Shown here piece by piece: positions 27,371-40,936 of a stretch of 64,000 bases of DNA. A program made the position numbers and the translations under genes. The notes under the pieces were generated by a model. It ran no database searches. It saw only the letters and a list, made by a program, of their open reading frames with translations, and was not told the DNA's origin. This DNA comes from Octopus vulgaris (taxonomy: Eukaryota), in NCBI GenBank assembly GCA_951406725.2, contig OX597837.1:45632001-45696000 (forward strand). Reading direction: 5' to 3'. Numbering within the stretch: the first letter of the stretch is position 1; each line of letters opens with the position of its first letter.

Positions 27371-27993
27371 TGTTTACTGCTTGTTTATGTTTTTTTTTAA
27401 AAATATTTTATAATTTATTTATATATTTTTTTTGTTGTTGTTCTTTGCTTCAAGATTAAACATTTAACGAACGCCAAATGTTACGTTTGGTAACAGTGAG
27501 ATGCTGCGAAAAGATGAAAGATGAGGCTCGGATACTTAACAGATGACAAAGTTTGATCTCGTTGTTGAAACAAGTAACATGATTATTATCGAGTGGATAT
27601 ACGGTGGCGCCACCCAGTTAACCAGTGATTAAATGCTAATTATTTCTCGTTATTTAATCACATATGATTTAAACTGTATATGAATAGAAAGAAAATTTTC
27701 AACACGTTTTTAAATAATGTTACTTCAAACGCTTTAACATTTTAAATTCGCTCAATGCAATCATTAGCAATATCAATAAAGCCACAAGAATGAATGTCAC
27801 TTATTTAAAACACTTCAAGTGTATAATTTCTTTTACAATGAAACAGAATGTAGAAATTAAATAAGAATGAGAACAATATCATACAACACTAATATCTGGT
27901 CAGGTTCTTTGGAATTCTCTTAAATTAGAACAACATCTATGAAGCAATGATTCCACAAGATTGCTGTTCACATTATTGGTAAGGTCTTCTCAT

Positions 27994-28594
27994 AAGGCGG
28001 CGAGCTGGCAGAATCGTTAGCATGCCGGGCGAAATGTGTAGCCGTATTTCGTCTGCCGCTACGTTCTGAGTTCAAATTCCGCTGAGGTCGACTTTGCCTT
28101 TCATCCTTTCGGGGTCGATTAAGTAACTACCAGTTACACACTGGGATCAATATAATCAATTTAATCCTTGTGTCTGCCCTTGTTTGTCCCCTCTGTGTTT
28201 ATCCCCTTGTGGGTAGTAAAGAAATAGGTATTTCGTCTGCTGCTATTTTCTGAGTTCAAATTCCGCTGAGGTTGACTTTGCATTTCATCCTTTTGGGGTT
28301 GATTAAATAAGTACCAGTTATGCACTGGTGTCGATATAATCGACTTAATCCGTGTGTCTGTCCTTGTTTGTCCTCTCTGTGTTTAGCCCCTTGTGGGTAG
28401 TAAAGAAATAGGTATTTCGTCAGCCGTTATGTTCTGAGTTAAAATTCCGCCGAGGTCAACTTTGCTTTTCATCCTTTCAGGGTTGATTAAATAAGTACCA
28501 GTTACACACTGGGGTCGATATAATCGACTTAATCCGTGTGTCTGTCCTTGTTTGTCCCCTCTGTGTTTAGCCCCTTGTGGGTAGTAAAGAAATA
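27994..28594 (+). mobile_element. SINE family A trimer with target-site duplication
   Basis: Head aggcggcgagctggcagaatcg plus three body units. Flanked by ggtaaggtcttctcat (27978-27993) and ggtaatgtcttttcat (28595-28610). Confidence 0.88.
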
Positions 28595-29519
28595 GGTAAT
28601 GTCTTTTCATTTCTCAGTCATATATTTTATCTTTTATTAGGACTGCCGCCAAGCTGGAGCACCATCTTGAAAGTTCTAGTATTAACATTTTGGTTGAAAA
28701 GACTGGTATTTATTCTATCAGGCTCTTTTGATGAAGTGCTAGGTTATGACATCATAAACAAATCAACACGGCTTGTGAAGCGGTGATAGGGAATAAATAT
28801 AGATACACACACACACATACACATCATCATCATCATTTAACATCCATTTCCCAAGCTGGCAGCAGGTAAGATGGAGAACAGCCTCAGTCTCCAGTCATCT
28901 GTTTCAACTTGGTTTCTACAACTGGATGCCCTTCCTAACGCTAATCAGTCTAAAGTGTACTGGGAGTATCTTACATGTCACCTGCACAGGTGCCTTTTAC
29001 ATGTCACCAGCCTTTTATGCGTCACTGGCACAGGGGGCCCCTTCTGTGCCTCCAGCACTGGCCACGACCATGATTTCACTTAGCTTGATGTGTCTTCTCA
29101 AGCAAAGCAAATCACCCAATGCTTCGGTCATGTTGTGAGACTCAACAACCAAAGATCATATTTCAACTCATGTATATCTGTGATGGGCTTCCACACAGTT
29201 TCCATGTACCAAATTAACTCACACGGCTATGTAGTGGGAATGAACTTGAAACCATTTGATTGCAAAGCAAGCTACTTAACTATAGTATATATACATACAT
29301 ATATATATACATACATATATATATACATACATATATATATATATATATATATCTGTGCCAACATATATGTATGCATGTATGTATGCTCTTTTCTGTTTTT
29401 AATTATTTAAATTTTTCGTTTGAAGAAGATGTTTTCAAACAAAGATACAAAGCTCCATCATTGGAATATAGATAATGAAAACAACGTCACATTTTCTTTC
29501 TGTTTGTCTGTCTGTCTGT

Positions 29520-29586
29520 ATGCATATATGTATGTATGTGTGTGTGTGTATGTATGTATGTATGTATGTATATATGTATGTATGTA

Positions 29587-29623
<37 letters not shown>

Positions 29624-30360
29624 ATGTATGTATGTATGTATGTATGTATGTATGTATGTATGTATGTATGTATGTATGTATGTATATATGTATGTGTGTG
29701 TGTGTATGTATGTATGTATGTATGTGTATGTGTGTGTATATGTATGTATGTACATACGAACGTACGTATGTATGTATGTATGTATGTATGTATGTATGTA
29801 TGTATGTATGTATGTATGTATGTACGTATGTATGTATGTATGTACGTATGTATGTATGTATGTACATATGTACGTATGTATGTATGTATGTATGTATGTA
29901 CGTATGTATGTATGTACATGTGTATGTATGTATGTATGTATGTATGTACGTATGTATGTATGTATGTATGTATGTATGTATGTATGTATGTATGTGTGTG
30001 TGTATGTATGTATGTACGTACGTATGTATGTATGTATGTATGTATGTATGTACATATGTACGTATGTATGTACGTATGTATGTATGTACGTATGTACGTA
30101 TGTATGTATGTACATATGTACGTATGTATGTATGTATGTATGTATGTACATATGTATGTATGTATGTACATATGTATGTATGTATGTATGTACATATGTA
30201 TGTATGTATGTACATATGTATGTATGTATGTACATATGTATGTATGTATGTATGTACATATGTACGTATGTACATATGTACGTATGTATGTATGTATGTA
30301 CATATGTATGTATGTATGTACATATGTATGTATGTACATATGTATGTATGTATGTATGTA
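29520..30360. repeat. Long (TATG)n microsatellite with TACG/TACA variants
   Basis: Directly visible tetranucleotide array of about 840 bp. Confidence 0.97.
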
Positions 30361-30633
30361 TTGTTGGTTTTCTTCTGTATTTGATTATTTAAATGTTTCC
30401 TTTGAGAAAGAAGCTGCTTTCCAACAAAGATTAGAAAGAAGATAACATAAACAATGTCACATTTTAAACTTGAGAAAATTCTTGCATATTTTAACTGTTC
30501 CACTTATTGATTGTAAAACAATGTGTATGTATGTATGTATCTATGTATCTATGTGTTGTGCTGTGCTGGTGTTTATACAGTGTGTATGTGAGAAGGAGAA
30601 TTAACATGACAGCATTGTGAATTTGAGAGAGAG

Positions 30634-30675
<42 letters not shown>

Positions 30676-31286
30676 GGAGGGAACAAGAGAGGGAGAGATG
30701 AGAGAATTTCCTCTACTGGTCAACTGCAAGACAAAGCCACAGGCCATATTAGTTCAAATCTGAAGGGAAGTTACATGAAGAACCTTAATTTATAAGAAAA
30801 TGGTGTAATATTCTAAATGCTTGTGGCTGTAATCATCATCATCATTCAATGTCTGTTCTCCCTGCTGGCATGGGTTGGATGGTTTGGCAGGAACTGCCTG
30901 GGCTCTGTATCTGTTTTGATAGGGTTTCTACAGCTGGATGCCCTTCCCTGGGGTCAATGTAATCGACTTAATCCGTTTGTCTTCTCTGTGTTTAGCCCCT
31001 TGTGGTTAGTAAAGAAATAGGCACATAAAAAGCACCCACTACATTCTGTGAAGTGGTTGGTGTTAGGTAGCGAATCCAGGTGTAGAAACCATGTCAAATC
31101 AGAATGGAACCTGGTGCAGCATCCCAGATTAACAGTTTTCCAGTTTCCAGTCAAACTGTCCAACCGATGCCAGCATGGAAAACAGACATCAAATGATGAT
31201 GATGATGATGCTGATGATGATGATGATTATGATGATGATGATGATGGTGTGTGTGTGTGTGTGTGTGCATGTGGGTATTATTATTA

Positions 31287-31330
<44 letters not shown>

Positions 31331-32445
31331 TGGGGGTGGGTATGGAATAAACCATTTGTATTTATGACAAAAGAATAAAAGCATGGGGTGGGGGAAATAT
31401 TTGGTCAGGGTTGTGGGTTCCACATTAAATCAAAGAAGAATTCCTCTTCAGTTTCTTCGTCAATAGGACTCTATTGTTGTTTGGATTCATTGAATGATGA
31501 CTAAAATCATTCATGCATGAATTTAGGCTTTGTCTTAGAGAAAACATTTCTCTTATAAGAACAATGGCAGAAACAAATACGTTTATATACAAACACAAGA
31601 GATAGATTTAAATATATAATAACGAAATGGTTTGTTTATTTGGATCTATAGACAATATGTAGCTGTGGGGAAACTTAGAAAACTTAAACAAACTTTGTAG
31701 GCAGAAGTTTGTTTCCCAATCCCATGGTTCTGGGTTCAGTCCCACTGAATGGCACTTTGGGCAAGTGTGTTCTACTACAGCTTCAGGCTGAGTAAAAACT
31801 TATGAGTGGATCTGGCAGACAGAAACTGAAAGAAGCCAGTTATATATAGATGTGTGTGTGTGTGTGTATGTTTGTGTGTCTGTTTGCCCCCCCGCCATCA
31901 CTTGACAACTGATGTTGGTGTGTTCACATCCCCATAACGTAGTGGTTCGACAAAAAGGGACCGATAGAATAAGTACCAGGCTTACAAAGAATAAATCCTG
32001 GGGTTGATTTGTTCGACTAAGGGCCTAACATAACAGGTGTTGGTGTGTTTACATCCCTGTAATTTAGCAGTTCAGCCACAAGAAACTGACAGAATAAGTA
32101 CCTGACTTTAAAAAAAAAACATAAAATACATAATGGGATCAAGTCATTCAATTAAAATTCTTCAAAGTGGTGCCCCAGCATGGCCGGTGACCCTGTCAGT
32201 GCAGGTGCCACTTAAAAGGCACCCAGTCCACACTATAAAGTGGTTGGACTTTAGAAGGGCATCCAGCTGTAAAAATCCTGCCAAAACAGTCATAGAAGTC
32301 TGGTGAAGTTTTGGATAGCAAAAGTCAAAGACTTGCCATGGGACTCAAACTCACATCTTTTATGAACAGAACTGATGTTCTACCACTGGACCAAAACAGT
32401 GCGTAGAGAAAATTCAGAAAAGTGGGGAAGATGTCTTAGACTTAC

Positions 32446-32535
32446 CACCGAGAAGGAAATTGGTGAGGCACGATGATGGTCGGCTGTTCACATCGACTGG
32501 GGTGATACGGTGACAACTGGTACAGTGATGTAACT
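32446..32535 (-). CDS. INTS13: INTS13 internal exon, 90 nt, phase 1-1
   Basis: ctctcctctcgacag acceptor, G|gtaagt donor. Translates (E)[29 protein letters not shown], compared with human [30 protein letters not shown]. Confidence 0.95.
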
Positions 32536-32819
32536 CTGTCGAGAGGAGAGAGAAGATAGAATGGATTAGTTAGTAAAATAATTAATGTAAAAGAAAGGGA
32601 GTTTAGCTTTGGCAATAATTAAAAACACACACATACATATAGGTACAGGTATTGCTGTGTGGTAAGAAGCTTGCTTCCCAACCACATGGTTTCGGGTTCA
32701 GTCCCACTGTGTGCCACCTTGGGCAAGTGCCTTCTAATATAGCCCTAGGCTAACCAAAGCCTTGTGAGTGGATTTGGTAGACGGAAACTGAAAGAAGCCC
32801 GTCATACATATTTTAACAC

Positions 32820-33062
32820 ATAAAAGCACCAACCGATCGTGGCTGTTTACCAGCCTCCTCTGGCCCTGTGCCGGTGGCACGTAAAAAACACCCACTACAC
32901 TCACGGAGTGGTTGGCGTTAGGAAGAGCATCAAGCTGTAGAAACATTGCCAAACCAGACTGGAGCCTGGTGCAGCCTTCATGGCTTACCAGACCCCAGTC
33001 GAACCGTCCAACCCATGCTAGCATGGAAAACGGACGTTAAATGATGATGATGATGATGATGA
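32820..33062 (+). mobile_element. Retroposon family C with (GAT)n tail (RTE-type 3' end)
   Basis: gttggcgttaggaag...gtccaacccatgctagcatggaaaacggacgttaaa(tga)n. Other copies at about 8386-8660(-), 18177-18365(-), 25365-25740(-), 38995-39268(+), 49968-50243(-) and 58620-58850(+). Confidence 0.8.
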
Positions 33063-33394
33063 TCTTGCGTAAGTAATTATTTTAAACCTGGGTATACACC
33101 TGCTAGTGTGTTAATTAAAGCACCTTCACTGTCTTTGGCTACCTGATGTCATCCACAGCATGGATATATATATGTCAGTGGATTAACTTCAGGAATTCCT
33201 CCGTGTCCATCAAGTGTATAACAAATGAGAGAAAGAAAAATTGATTTTTAAAAATCTCATAAATTCTATTTTCTCTTTCTTTTATCTATCATATTTATGT
33301 CTGTGTTTGTCCCCTTCCCCACCAGTTGACAACCGGTGATGGTGTGTTTATGTCCCTGCACTTAGTGGTTTGGCAAAAGAGACTGATAGTGCAG

Positions 33395-33840
33395 ATTAGT
33401 TACAGTTCAGTTGAGTCCATTATCATTGAAGATTTGGGTACGAGACTCGTGTCTGCCAATTTTTGTGCCAAACCTGCTTTTAGCTGACCGAGAAAATACT
33501 CAGGTTTCAGTTGCAAAAGACCTCCTTGAATGTGTTGAGAATGATGGAAACTGTGTGGAAACTTTGCGTAGGCTTCTGAACAGGTGTCACCAACCTTTTG
33601 ACAAAATTTGATGCAGATTCTCCATTCAACTTTCTCTATCATAGTCAGTGTGACGATCACACGCTACACACCTTTCTTCCAAGCACTGCTGTAAACAGCA
33701 GAAGTGAACTAGAACGTTAAAACATAGGGTGCATGCACAGCAGAGTTCAAGGTCAATCTGTGTCAAGTGATTTCACTCTGTGTGCTTTAGCTTCATTACT
33801 ATGGCAACAGCCAGTATACTTATTGATTAGACCACATATA
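33395..33840. mobile_element. mariner transposase relic with internal inversion
   Basis: Minus strand EWRICIKFCQKVGDTCSEAY (mariner N-terminal HTH). Plus strand IIEDLG..VSA..VPNLL...VSVAKDLLECVEND (linker region, frameshifted). TIR-like acttattgattagaccacata near 33817-33840. Confidence 0.75.
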
Positions 33841-33844
33841 TATA

Positions 33845-33884
<40 letters not shown>

Positions 33885-34242
33885 TCTCATTCGTATTTTT
33901 GGATTCGCTAGTACTGGGTGTCTGGCATAGTTTGTCCGATGTTACAGATATCGGACGGGTATGTTTGATTCTTAGTATTTTCAAATCTAAATCAGAAGAA
34001 ATCTCTGAGCTGATGAAGGAAAAGTGGCGTTTTACCCACAAATCCAGAAACAGACTGTCCTCGGGTATCGTATATGGATGTGATCTTTCATTGTTTTTCC
34101 CTTATACCTATGTGAGTTATTTTCTGAGTATGCATTGTCTGGAGACTTTTATTTGCAGTTGAAGAAATAGCCAAATTTTTGGCTGCTATTTCTGAAAAGT
34201 TCGGTGTGTGGTAAAGTGAATTCTTTTACTTTACCATATTTT

Positions 34243-34280
<38 letters not shown>

Positions 34281-34939
34281 ATAGATAGATAGATACATAC
34301 ATACGTACATACATACATACATACATACATGTATTTAATGGTAAACCAACCCAAGAACTTACAGTACATACCTATTACATTATTAGATGGTATTTTTTAT
34401 ATGTTTCTCGCTCTCTAGATAGAGAGAGAGACAAACATAGATAGAGAGAGAGAGAGAGAGAGAGGGAGGGAGAGAGAGAAATAGAGAGAGAGAGATAGAC
34501 AGACAGACAGTCAGATAGATAGATAACCAGACAAGTGGACAGACAGACAGACAGATATATATATATATACTTGCTAAAGAAAAGATTAATATAGTTCTTT
34601 CTAGCAGGAGAAAGCCTCAACCCCAACCATGCCCACTTTTTTGGGCGGGATGGTTCTTTTCCCCAAAGAAACTAATATTATTTTTACCCTCCAGAAACCA
34701 CTCAAGCGTTAATTCCTGTTTCTGTCAAAAAGAAATTCCAAGAGTTTGGTTTCCTGTTGCTATGATTCCAACCAAACTGGTTCAGCATTTTTACCTGAAA
34801 TTAGGAAATTTATCAATTTTTGCACAGAGTCTTCCAGTTGCCTGCTGTTTAGATTGTCTTTCTAAATTCTCTACAAGTTATGCTGGGTCATGCTTCCACT
34901 GTTATTGTATGTTGGGTCAGGTTTGCAGTGTTGTTGTTG

Positions 34940-34974
<35 letters not shown>

Positions 34975-35566
34975 ATTACTATATTTTTTTTATCTCCCCA
35001 TCTTTTTTCCTAATCCGTATTATACAGCCTTATTATGCTAAACATTTCTGTATCGTATGCTCGCAGAGCATTTTGCGATGTTGTTAGCGGTGGTGGTCAT
35101 GGCGGTGAGGGAGGTGGCCATGGTGGTGATGGTGGTGAGGATGGTGGAGCAGGTGGTCATCATCATGGTGATGTTGGTAGTGAGCTTTGACATTGATGGT
35201 GGTTGTGGTAGTGGTCTGGATGATGTCGATGGTGATAATGGTGGTGGGGAAGTTTGATTAGGAATGGTAGTCATGGTGATGATGGTGGTGGTGGTGGTAA
35301 TGGTTGTAGAAGTGTTAGTGGTGATGGTGGTGGCAGTGATGATGACGTTGGTGAAGACACTATTTTTTTTCCAACATTACGTATATATGTTTGTGTGCAC
35401 ATCTGTGCATGTGTGTGTCTGCATGTGTAAGTGTGTGTGTGTGTGTCTGTCTGTCTGTTTGTATGTGTATAAATGAAAAAGTGTAATGAAGAAATACTCA
35501 GAAACAAGGAAGAGCCACTGATACTGTAAGATGCATATACAGACATATATATATATACATACATAC

Positions 35567-35603
<37 letters not shown>

Positions 35604-35725
35604 AATATATATATATGTGCATATATATATATATACTCACATATATATATATATATATATACTCACATATATATATATATTTGTATATACATATATATAT
35701 AATTATATATGTATACATACATGCA

Positions 35726-35758
<33 letters not shown>

Positions 35759-36292
35759 ACAGGTGCATATGTATGTGTGTTTTATATTACTTATTTATTG
35801 ATATTCTGATAGATCTCTTTAGTATTCTTTATAAATACATGATTCCGCTAAAAGAACCTTCTCTCTGCCCCACCCCCCACATCTCTAACCCTTCCACCCA
35901 CCCCCCACCCCACTCCTCTAAACCCTCTTATCCACCATATCTTTACCGAGATCAATTCCTTTAATCCTTTTCTTCATTCGCTTCCAGGATCTTTCTCCCT
36001 ATCCTTCACGTCGGAATTTATTATTTTTATTTTTTATATTTTTTTAATATTTCATTTATTTTGTTTTCTTCTTTCCCCCACTCCACGAAACCCCCTCCAC
36101 ACACGCCCCACTACACCCACCGACTTCAATTCCTCTTCTGCAGACTAAGCGAAGATCTTTTACAAGCGATCACACCACTGCCCCACCCCAGCCAATCATT
36201 TCTATTTTATTGAGTAAAGAGAGATCATTTTATATTAAACCCTCTATGTTGTTGTCTATTATTATTATTATTATTATTATCATTATTATTAC

Positions 36293-36331
<39 letters not shown>

Positions 36332-36347
36332 TATTATTATTATTACA

Positions 36348-36463
<116 letters not shown>

Positions 36464-36694
36464 GGCAGTGAGCTGGCAGAATCATCAGCATGCCAGGCAC
36501 AATGCTTAGCAGCATTTTGTCTGTCTTTGCAATCTAAGTTCAAATTCTGCTGAATACGACTTTGCCCTTCGTCCTTTCAGGGTCAATAAATTAAGTACCA
36601 GTGAAACACTGGGGTTGATGTAATTGACTAGTCCCTTTCCACAAAATTTCAGGCCTTGTGCCTTTAGTAAAAAGGATTATTATTATTATTACTA

Positions 36695-37230
36695 TTCCAT
36701 GCACCCAAACGGGAAAGAACTAAATCTATCCAATGGGCCCAAATGGTGGAGATATGATGTGTTAAGAAAACCACAATCAGGTCTTTGACGGATCAGGATG
36801 GACATGTGCTACTTGGCTCTGAGCAGGTGTGTGCAGCTTTTCAACATAGAGTTTACATACATTGTGTGGGCCCACAATTTATCCTGATCACCAATTTTAA
36901 TCTTTAAGTAACCGAAGTAGGATCTTTTCCCAGAGTCACTAACATTCATTCTTCGACTTGGTTCTGTAAAACACCCACATGTATAACAAAAAGAGTCAGA
37001 AGAATTCAAACATTTCAAACATGGAGCTACAGGTAGGGGCCAATATGGGCCAGCCCATAGAAAAAAAAAAACTAGATGTGACAGAAAAAAACTATTGCCA
37101 TTTTAAAACTCAGTGGCCTCAAATTACCCCAAAACAGGCCTCAAACTTAGGTCAGCAGAAAAAAGTTAGAATTTGTTGGCCAGTTTTATTAATTATGGCT
37201 TTTGTGAGTGTTTGTAATGAATTCTAAAGT
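36695..37230 (-). mobile_element. DNA transposase N-terminal relic (family uncertain, possibly TcMar-m44-like)
   Basis: CLNSSDSFCYTCG...YFGYLKIKIGDQDKLWAH matches the CxNxPDxFCYxCG / GDQDKxWAPH signature common in invertebrate transposases. Confidence 0.6.
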
Positions 37231-37410
37231 CAACATTCTAGAAGTTTTGGACCCTTACTTCCCCACTCTAACCAAAGTGCCACAGAGTATTCTGGAATAG
37301 TTTGTGGAGAAAAACACAATGTTCAGAGAGAGAGAGAGAAAGAGAGAAAAAGAGGGAGTGTAAACAGCATTTTGGATTGCTTTGGTCAATGCAAATGGGC
37401 TTTTAATTAA

Positions 37411-37629
37411 CCCTTTTGTTACCATATTTCTGTTAACATATTCTGCCATTGTTTCACTTAATTTTTAAGATAATGAAGTATTTAGTAAAATATCTTTCTA
37501 ATATTTGAGCTGGGGCCTGGAGCAATTTAGCATAAAATCTTGATGGAAGATTATAATTTAAATCACTTTAAACAATAAGTTTATGTCAAAGAACCTGGAG
37601 TGGTTTCAGGCAGGTTGGTATCAAAAGGT
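37411..37629. mobile_element. piggyBac-like MITE
   Basis: TTAA|cccttttgttacca ... tggtatcaaaaggt|TTAA. Degenerate TTAA-type elements also at about 3181-3400, 21337-21540 and 55695-56132. Confidence 0.7.
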
Positions 37630-38954
37630 TTAATTAAAATATGCTTCTTCTTTAATTATTGTGAGCTTCTGTATAATTTTAAAATTATTCTATGTAATGG
37701 CTGTGTGGTTAAGAAACTTGCTTCTCAGTCTTATGGGTTTTCAGTTCAGTCCCACTGCATGGCTCTTTGCTCAGTGGTCGGAGTAAATGACCATCCCCTA
37801 GAGCCATTTCGTATCACATGCTTGATCTGTGTGGTTTTTCTCTTCTATATGTACTGGTTCCATTGCTGCAGATGCTAGAACTGTTGAAGAGCATCTTTTT
37901 TGAGCAGGGATGCAGGAGGTCTGTGTCAGCATATGCAGATGACATCTCTTTCTTGGCATCATCTGTATATGGGTGACATCAGACACCACAGAATTGGAGA
38001 TGTCAGCATCATTCCAAGGAAATACAAGGAGATAGCAGGAGCAGGAATAAATCTAGACGAGTTGGTGAGCCAGCAGCTTGGCACCCAGAGAGGCAAGACT
38101 GTGTCACTCAACGGTGTTGTAGGTATCTGGACAGACAGACAGGGTAAATTACCTAGGGCCTAATTCAGTTCAGATCTTCAAATAGGGACTGGACTGTTAT
38201 TAACAGGGTGGCTAGCCCCACCTAGCAATGAGCTCAGAGGAAGCTATTTCTGGGTGGGGTTATTTCTAGGTCCAGCTGGGGTGGTAAATGCATATATTAT
38301 CTCTGTCGCAATTTACCATCTGACCATCATGCCTTGCTCAGTTCTTAACTGACCAGATTGGAGCATCCATGGTCAGCCAATCCATCTATTGCTAGCACTT
38401 TCTAGAACAGGCATGTGAAACACACAGCCCATGGGATGCCGGCAGCCCATGTGACCTGTCAGTGGTGTAGGTAGAGGCTTAAAAATGGAGAACTGAAAAA
38501 AATTTTCATAAGAAAAATAATTAATAATAATTTAATCAAGAAAAATAGGATTATTGATGAGGAAATTAAAGGCTTTCAAAGATTTTTACTTAATCATAAA
38601 GAATCAATATGATGGGAATCTTTGTTGTAAAACATGTGTTTAAAAATATGCAGATCCCATGGCAACATACATGTGAGCAATGCAGCCCATAGAGAATCTG
38701 CCGTTTGATGTGCCATGGATGCTGATACACAGAATCCCTTTGAGATTTTGCCACCAACAGAGATTCCAAGATGGTGTACAGATATGATCTCCATTTGTAA
38801 GACAGGTATTTCCACAGATTATCTCTTGGACAGAGCTGCAGTCCAAGGTCAAGGAAACCCCCCAAGATTGGGTGCTTTGCATGTGGAATTTTGTGTCAAG
38901 TGCTCAGTAGTGTCTACCAGTGAGGGAAGAGAGTTGGTAGAAGTTCCACTTTAG

Positions 38955-38992
<38 letters not shown>

Positions 38993-40881
38993 TAGCGTCG
39001 CCTTACTGGCACTTATGCTGGTGGCACGTGTAAAAACATTCAAGCGAGGTCGTTGCCAGTATTGCCTGACTGGTCCCCATGCTGGTGGCACGTAAAAAGC
39101 ACCCACTACACTACAGTGGTTGGCATTAGGAAGGGCATCCAGCTGTAGAAACTCTGCCAGATCAAGATTGAAGCCTGGTGCAGCCATCCGGTTCGCCAGC
39201 CCTCAGTCAAATCATCCAACCCATGGTAGCATGGAAAGTAGACGTTAAATGATGATGATGATGATGATATATATAGATATATACATATATATATATATCT
39301 ATATATATATGCACACAGAAGACTAGTGTTGGATTAGAGTGAAGACATCCTTGGGGAAACTCAAGAGACTGACCTGATGTTGCTAAGCATCCTATTTGGG
39401 GTAACATCCTGAAGTGAGTCAGTGTGAGTTTGAGCGACTGTATTGATATGAGTGAGCATGTTAGCATGACTGAGTGTGAGTGTAAAGTGAGTTGTGAGCA
39501 TGAGTATGTGATGAGTGAGTGTATGAGTGAGAGGTAAAGGGAAAAGGCCACTCAGAAGGTTCTTCCTTCCTCACATGACTAAATATTCGAAAGAGAAGGC
39601 AGGGCTTTAAGTAGGAAGCAAGAAATCAATTTTCGGATAAAGAAACCTTGAGATCTCCACATTTGGAAGTTTAGCAGAACCCTCTTAAATCAAGCCCTCA
39701 CACTACATCCCCCATCTAGTCCTAACAAGGAACCTACGTAATCTAAGGTGAACCCTCTTCACACCACCACCACCAACAACAACACTACCACCACCACCAC
39801 TACCACTACCACCACCTTTGCTGCTGCCACCACTAGCAGCCACAAATGCCAAAGATAAGAGATAGGATTATTGGATCTCTTGGTAGTAGTGTTAGTGGTG
39901 GTGGTGCACCTGGTGGCGCAGGTGGTGGTGTTAGCAGTAGTGAAGGTGGTGGTAGTGGTGGTAGTGCTACTTACAGTAATGGTGGTGGTTGTGGTAAGAG
40001 TGGAGAATCCAAAATGATAATAGAGCAGAAAACAAACGAACAACATGAAACAAGTATTAACAGTTAAACAAAGAATAATGATGATGATGATGATGAATAG
40101 GAAGGTGGTGAGGATGGTGGTGGCAGTGGTGATGATGATGATGAGGAGAAGGAGGGGGGGAGATGGGAGGCGGAGGAGGGATGAAGGGGGAGTATGAGGA
40201 GAGGGGGAGGAGGGAGAATAAGAGGAGGGGAGTGGGTGAGGAGAGGGGCAGAAGGGAGGAGCAGGGAGGGAGGAAGGGGTTGTGATAAAGTGGACAACGA
40301 CAACGATGACAATGGTGGCGGGATGGGGCAGCGATGACAACGCCGATGACAATGATGATGATGATGAGAAAGAAGAGGGTGGTAGTGATGGTGATGATCA
40401 TGATGATGATGATGATGCGGATGATGCAAATGAAAGGAGGACAAAGAGGAGAACAAGTACAGAAAGAAAGAAAAGAAGAAAGTAACAAGAAACAAAGAGA
40501 CTCTTGAAGGAAGATGATAAGAGGGTTGTTTGCGAGTCAAGAGTCAGCATCCGTACTTTGATGATAACCTCCGTAATGAATCTAGGGATGAGAACATTTC
40601 TGCAGATATGTATACATATGTGTGCATATATATATGTATGTTTATAAATATATACATGTGCATGCCTGTGTGTGTTTGTGTATACACACACACATATATG
40701 TGTATGTATGTATATATATGTATCTTTATATATTTGTGTGTATATGTGTATATATACATATATACATTTATATAAATATATATACATCTATATATATATA
40801 TATATACACATTTATATATGCATACATATATATACATTTATTTCTTTATATATATATATACACATACACACACATATTTAC

Positions 40882-40936
<55 letters not shown>

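Noticed and set aside
19380-35285. Complementary words between CAC-rich 19.4-19.75 kb and GTG-rich 35.1-35.3 kb
   Set aside because: Both are cryptic triplet repeats, so shared 12-14-mers are expected, and their order is not cleanly nested.
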